Origin: Octopus vulgaris
Taxonomy: Eukaryota
NCBI GenBank assembly: GCA_951406725.2
Contig: OX597825.1
Coordinates: 42,966,001-43,030,000 of the forward strand
Direction of reading: 5' to 3'
DNA length: 64,000 nt
Part shown: positions 58,067 through 64,000 of the stretch, in pieces
Position numbering within the stretch: the first letter of the stretch is position 1
Layout of the letters: each line of letters begins with the position of its first letter
Made by a program: the position numbers and the translations under genes
The notes under the pieces: generated by a model
Told to the model about the DNA's origin: nothing
What the model saw: only the letters and a program-made list of their open reading frames with translations
Databases searched by the model: none

Positions 58067-58895
58067 TTATTGGTGTATATGTATAGTCTAGCCTCCTAAA
58101 GTGTAGACACGAATCTGTAGGTACGAGTACGTATGTGTATATACGTGAACGTATGTAGATGTTTGTATGTATGAATATAACGCGTGCGTACGTGTATGTG
58201 TATGAGTGTACGAATGGGTGAATGTACGTGCTAATGAGTGTGCGTGCGGGAATGAGTACTTGCCTTCTAGTAGACAGACAAATGGACTGCAGCCATTGCC
58301 AGGATTCTTAGCCCTAGCGATCAAAGATAACAAAAGTAATAAATGAAGATAATAAAATTAAAATTAGGGAATGGGCCTGTATTGGATTGTATATATATAT
58401 ATGTATATGTATATTTGTATGTATGTATGTGTGTATGTGTAGGTATGTATATGTATGTATATATATATGTATATATGTATATGTGTGTGTATATATATGT
58501 GTATGTATGTATGTGTGTGTAGATACGTATACATGTGTGTATAGGTATAAGTGAGAATCTCCTTATTTACCTATAACTCTATCCCCCTTTTTTTATATAT
58601 ATATTTTTGTATATATATATTTTATATATATATTTTTTATATATATTTTTTATATTTTTTATTTTTTTATTTTTTTATTTTATTTTATTTTTTTATTTTT
58701 TTATTTTTTATTTTTTATATTTTTTTATTTTTTTATTTTTTTATTTATCTATTCTTTCATCTAACTTACCACTGACTCCTTGACCACTCCCCCAAGTATG
58801 ATATTTTGCGCTATGCCTACCCCCCAAAAAGTCCCCCACCACCACTCCTTTAAACCTGCCTAAATGTATAAATGCTAATACAATTCTTGTTAAAT

Positions 58896-58946
58896 AGCTT
58901 CCTGAAGATTTCTCTTGAATGAAACAGTACTAGTCCTGTAGAAGCT
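58896..58946 (+). ncRNA. Type I hammerhead (right arm)
   Basis: AGCTTC-CTGAAGA-TTTC TCTT GAAT-GAAA-CAG TACTAGTC CTG-TA-GAAGCT: perfect 6-bp stem I, 4-bp stem III, U-U at 10.1/11.1; predicted cleavage after A58940. Confidence 0.78.
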
Positions 58947-58957
58947 CCTTCTATATA

Positions 58958-58993
<36 letters not shown>

Positions 58994-60129
58994 GCGCAAC
59001 AAGTATGAATGTCAATAGTTTATACACCAATATACATATATATTTATATATAGTACAAAGTAAGATAGGAGTTATGGAGGTAAACCACTATGGGATATCA
59101 GTTATCCAATATACTGCTGGTGAAGCACCCAAATGCCAAATACATAAATGCTTATAATTGCAATGCAATTAATTCATTTATTGTATCGGATGGGCGAAGG
59201 TAAAATATTTTGCCATAAATTCATAATACAAATAAGAAAATGGAGGTACAAATTCATTTCAATCATCAACTTACAGATATTACCATTTCATATTATTTAT
59301 TAACTATATAAATAGGAACATCCAAATCGAACAAAACAATATGCATCAATATGCAAATTAATAATACCATAAGAATAATAGACACACACACATAGCCCAA
59401 TGTCATAATTCAAAACTATCGCAGCGAAAATTTTGAAAAGTTCCCCCAGTTCTGAAAAACTCGATAAATTCGACATGGGGTCGACAATCTAAGCTTATCA
59501 TATGCAACACATTTTCCGTTGTAGTTTTCGCAACTTGCATTCGATTTTCACCAAACTCATGGTGAAGCTTAATGTTATCCTAAGGAACTTAATTCTTACG
59601 TTAGTTTTCCATGCAATACCTTACCATCAGAAAAAATCGATAAAATCATTCCATTTTGGGAAATCGCCTTCAAATTCAAGATGACATGTTTTCGACAATA
59701 TCTTTAACAAATTGGCAGGAATTTTTTTTGAAATTCACAGCGATCATCCTGTCTGCTCCAAGGAGCTATATGGCTCTTTTGATTCCAATAGGATACGTTA
59801 TTACTGGAAAAAATCTGTCAATTACATCATATGTGGCACATATAGCAAACCGATTTTTCTGCGATATTTTTTGAAAGTTCACATAGATTTTCTCTACACC
59901 GATGTTGGACATCAAGTTTGCATTGAATGTCAAACTAACGACCTTTTGTCAATGCAGTTAACAAGTATTGGGAGAAATCGACAAAATCATATAACTTTGA
60001 GGCCGACCATGCGAACCCTACAAAACTGACTTTTGTTAAATAGTTGTCGGATTTCAGGCGATTTAGTCGATTTTTGCCGCTTTTGTCATAAAGGTTACTA
60101 GAAATGGCATACGTTTACCTTTTATCTTC

Positions 60130-60770
60130 AAATTCGAGCAATGTTGGGCTGTAGATGCGTTTGCGGTTGTGTGCGCACGTGCGCGCGTGTCCTCGACACG
60201 ATGATTGCAGCTCTTCCCATTGGCTCCCCAAACGGTGAACAATACTCTCAGTTAAACACCCTCTGGCCAATCACATGCACTGACACACTCAGTTGTGTGC
60301 GTATAGTTTGTGACTCCCACTTCTTCTCTCGGTTCACACCCGCTCGCTTCACACGTTGGCCTTCTTCTGCTAATCGCTGCTGCAGCCGCAAGTTATTCGA
60401 ATACTTTTTTGTTTAAACTTTCTTTATAACTACCACCCCAAACGTTTTACCTGAAATTTTTGACGAACCCTAAGGGTCCTCGTACGCTACTTGCAAACTC
60501 TTGGTTTATTATAAGCCGCTTTTGTCATGTGCACTAAAAAACCTTTCCCATTCGTTTGTTCAGTTTGGTCACTTTTCGCTTTTTCGTTGTTGTCACTCAC
60601 ATTGCTGTCCGCTTTTTTTCCGTTTTTGTACATTTTTATACATTTTGAGATACTTACCCCGCGTGCTCCTTTTTATTACAACTTTGCCAAATACATTGAT
60701 ATCCACCAAAATGCCACCCAAGAAGAGAAGGACCCTCCTCAGCCCTCGGACGGCCAAGGCATCGGCTATA
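60130..60770 (+). mobile_element. Possible Helitron/DNA transposon 5' fragment
   Basis: GC-richer promoter-like block followed by MPPKKRRTLLSPRTAKASA (from 60711), reminiscent of Helitron ORF N-termini; cut by a microsatellite. Confidence 0.35.
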
Positions 60771-61119
60771 TATATATACATACACTTCCCGCACACGTAT
60801 ACAAACATGAGCAAAAGTTTTATTTGAATTTTATTTTATGAACATAAATTTTATTTTTATTTTATTTTATTCATTAGGTATTTTCACTCTTATATAGTGT
60901 AAATCATTATTTTATTATTATTATTATTGTTGTTGTTGTTGTTCTATTAATACACAAATGCATATACAAACATAATAAACCTGCTTATATATTCTTAGTT
61001 TAGTAGAGTATTCCAACAGGTCTTAATGTAATCCTTGTATTGTCCTTTTTCATGCCCTGATGATTTTCTATCTAAGGTAATTTGAAATGCAACATGATAT
61101 ATTTATATATATTTCTTTA

Positions 61120-61343
61120 CTACCCACAAGGGGCTAAACATAGAGGGGACAGGCAAGGACAGACAAAGGAATTAAGTGGATTACATCGCCCCCAGTGTGA
61201 AACTGGTATTTTATTTATCGACCCCGAAAGGATGAAAAGCAAAGTCGACCTCGGCGGAATTTGAACTCAGAACGTAACGACAGACGAAATACCACTAAGC
61301 ATTTCGCCCGGCGCGCTAACACTTCTACCAGCTCGCCGCCTTA
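61120..61343 (-). mobile_element. tRNA-derived SINE (10083 family)
   Basis: Reverse complement AAGGCGGCGAGCTGGTAG...GAGTTCAAATTCCGCCGAGGTCGAC...CATCCTTTCGGGGTCGATAAAT. Confidence 0.85.
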
Positions 61344-61689
61344 ATATGATATATTTATATATGTTTTGTAGTTTACATTGGATGCGAAATTAAACAATTT
61401 GTAGGTGAAGATGTCAAATTAATTAATAAACTAATTTGCATCCGGAGGAATTCTCCGTTTTCAAAATTAATAATGATATTTGATATTTTATGTTACGTTA
61501 TATATTATATTCATTGATGAAATATCCCTTCAAAATACAATATTTTAAACCAGTGTATCTTTGATACGTCATCATTTAGTTTTATTTCAAGATTTCTTGT
61601 CAATAGAGAAAGAGCCGGTTTCTAACATAGATCCAAGGTTCCTTCACTGGAATTTCAACATCATCAGCAGGTCATTTTTATTTGTTTGT

Positions 61690-62040
61690 ATGTATGTATT
61701 TGTGCAGATTTTATGTTTTGTTTTATGTATGTATTTTCATTCATATAGTTGCATATCTAGATATGCTCATATATATTCAAATGATAAACCTCTGGAAATT
61801 TTTACAGATTTTCCCAGTTCCAATGATATATGTATGTATGTATGTATGTTATGAATTTATGTATGTATGTATGTATGTATGTATGTATGTATGTATGTTT
61901 GTATGTGCAGATTTGTATGGTTTATGTATGTATTCTCCTGCATCTAGTTGCATATCTAGACATGCTCATACATATTTAAATGATAAACATCTGGAAATTT
62001 TACAGGTTTTACAGTTCTAGTGATAGATATGTATATATGT
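61690..62040 (+). repeat. Diverged tandem dimer of a dispersed repeat, also at ~24240-24370
   Basis: TAGTTGCATATCTAGA.ATGCTCA...AAATGATAAAC.TCTGGAAATTTTACAG present twice. Confidence 0.7.
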
Positions 62041-62421
62041 ATGTATGTATGTGTGTGTGTGTGTGTGTGTGTGTATTTATGCAAGCTGAAATTCTTCCAA
62101 ACGGTTAACACTTTGAGGTTTTGTGATCAAAATAAAAGTAGTGTAAGAAGTCTCATTTCAACGAAAGATGAATCAAAATGTTTCTGAAAACATTTTGAAA
62201 GATATTGGTTAACGCTACTTAAGCTATAACTCATAATTCAATGGACTGAATTGGTTATCAAGCATTCTTTATTATATGTTCAACCCAATCACGATATTTC
62301 TTTTTATATGTGCAAACCATCTGAAAATATTTGCCAGCGCATATACACAAATGCATTCGCACACATACACTCCAAAATAAACTCATGTTCACAAGTATTC
62401 ACGTGGATATAAGCATCAGAC

Positions 62422-62458
<37 letters not shown>

Positions 62459-63034
62459 TGATATTAAAGTAGGTGAAAAGGTAAATATCTATGTATATTT
62501 TTACCCATATTTATGTTTGCCGCATATGTTTAAAGTGATATTAAGGTAGGGGGCATACGTACGCTTGAGCACATATATATCAAGAGAAGCATCAATTTCT
62601 TAACGGTGATGTTCTTTAATAAACGAGTATTGAAACACATACACTAGCGCGCGCAAGCACATACACATACTCACAGGTACAAACACACACACTTACACAT
62701 AAACACACACAAGCACGCACGCTCATTCACGCACACATACATATTCGCATGGCAGGAAACGGGAATTTTATTTAACGTAATGCTTACTGCAATGAAAAGA
62801 ATGCACAAATGAAACCGTGATTAAAAGTGAGACAAATAGTTTTTAACGTTCTTTTATATTGAATGGTGGCAAAGCAAACAGTGCACATGTAGTGTGAGAA
62901 AGGTGTCATCACAGCGTTATTGTAATGGTGGACTGATTCTTTCCAAAAAGTGTGGTAATGTTAACAATGATATATGAACTTTGAATAGACGGTTCGTTTG
63001 GAATCCGATGGATTAACGTCAGAAAATGTTTGTG

Positions 63035-63067
<33 letters not shown>

Positions 63068-63329
63068 TGTATGTATGTATGTATGCATGTATGTATGTAT
63101 GCTCGCACACGCGTTCGTGTGTTTGAGTGTGTGCGTGCGTTTGAGTGTGTGTGTTTGGGTGTGTGTGTGAATGTGTGTGTATGTTTGCACAGACATATAT
63201 GTATTATATTTGTATGTATATATGAGGGTATGCATGAATGTGTGCATGTATGCATGTACCGATCTCTGCAGCGTTGAATGCGACAACTTCGGGACCCCTA
63301 TTTCATCATTCGTTATCATTTGACCTCAT

Positions 63330-64000
63330 TCTTATCTACCAACAACGCACCTCCTACCTTATCTTCAAAATTTGTTCCTCTTCCCTTATACTCTTAAGGC
63401 TTCCAAATTCATCTCGGCCTGTCTCACTCCTCCGTGGTACAGCATCACTGGCTGCCCGATTTCGTCTAGCTGTAACCTCCACACACAACTCATTTCCGTC
63501 TACCTAGAGACCCGATGATTACATTTCAGCCACACACAGCATTTCTTCTTCCCCCTTTTCCTTTTCCGGCATCATCAACCACTTTCTTTGCTGCTATGGA
63601 CATCTACTGTCCGTATACTGTTATCCTCATAGTTTCCTGACTTCCGTACACTTTTAACCCAGAACGTCTGCCCGTTCCGCTTTAGCCAAATTTCTTCTCA
63701 ACCTTAAATGTTTCTCTTCTGCAGGCGAGTATTAAGCTAGGCATAATAACAAGTATAGGAACCAGCTATGCCAATACACTCTGTTGCTACTTTGAGTCCT
63801 AAACCATTTCCCTGTTCTTTGTTTCCATTCTACAGCTATATGGTCCAATCATTTTTAAAAATTTCTCTTTGGTTCATAGCCACATGCAGGTAAAATGATG
63901 TTTAAATCATATTCTCTTTTGTTTACACACAGAAATTATAACTTCCACTTTATTATACTACAACTGCAGCGATTCTTGGACACTTATTCACACCTCCACT
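63330..64000 (+). mobile_element. Highly degenerate Penelope-like RT remnant
   Basis: Fragments in order: GCPISSSCN (GRPIVSxC-like), AMDIYCPYTVI (DVxSLYTxI-like), IGTSYAN (MGxxxAPSYAN-like), FLD. Confidence 0.5.

Larger units (their letters stand above)
52223..58963. mobile_element. Palindromic head-to-head insertion of a 5'-truncated Penelope-like element
   Basis: 52293-55604 is the near-perfect reverse complement of 55619-58963, with a 14-nt spacer; GIY-YIG remnants at the centre and hammerheads near both outer ends. Confidence 0.92.

Noticed and set aside
53154-58091. Many long ORFs rich in Y/I/H/T or C/V/M/Y (up to 312 aa)
   Set aside because: Translations of stop-poor AC/AT microsatellites with no domain signal; the same applies to similar ORFs across the window.
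58250-58320. Possible SECIS or other structured RNA in the PLE 3' island
   Set aside because: No convincing SECIS stem and no in-frame TGA at a Cys position in the GIY-YIG remnant.

Overview
AT-rich, microsatellite-dense eukaryotic intergenic or intronic DNA. The repeat complement looks like a coleoid cephalopod, probably Octopus (inference). No intact host gene could be supported, and most ORFs in the track are microsatellite translations. The window is mostly transposon debris: a near full-length but disrupted RTE LINE (11.3-15.2 kb, -), two R4/Dong-like restriction-endonuclease retrotransposon fragments sitting in (TAA)n, Gypsy LTR remnants, mariner remnants, tRNA-derived SINEs, Helitron-like fragments and several Penelope-like (PLE) remnants. 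The most notable signal is about a dozen minimal type I hammerhead ribozyme (HHR) motifs from several unrelated repeat families, plus recurrent head-to-head fold-back insertions. Three stand out: (i) a ~6.7-kb palindrome (52.2-59.0 kb) of a 5'-truncated PLE GIY-YIG end with an HHR near each outer end; (ii) a tRNA-SINE-head + (TAA)n + HHR element folded back on itself (36.5-37.7 kb), which like (i) has a 14-nt central spacer; (iii) a terminally redundant ~480-bp non-coding unit with a canonical HHR inserted in (TA)n (48.5-49.1 kb, retrozyme-like). All folds were done by eye and element boundaries are approximate.
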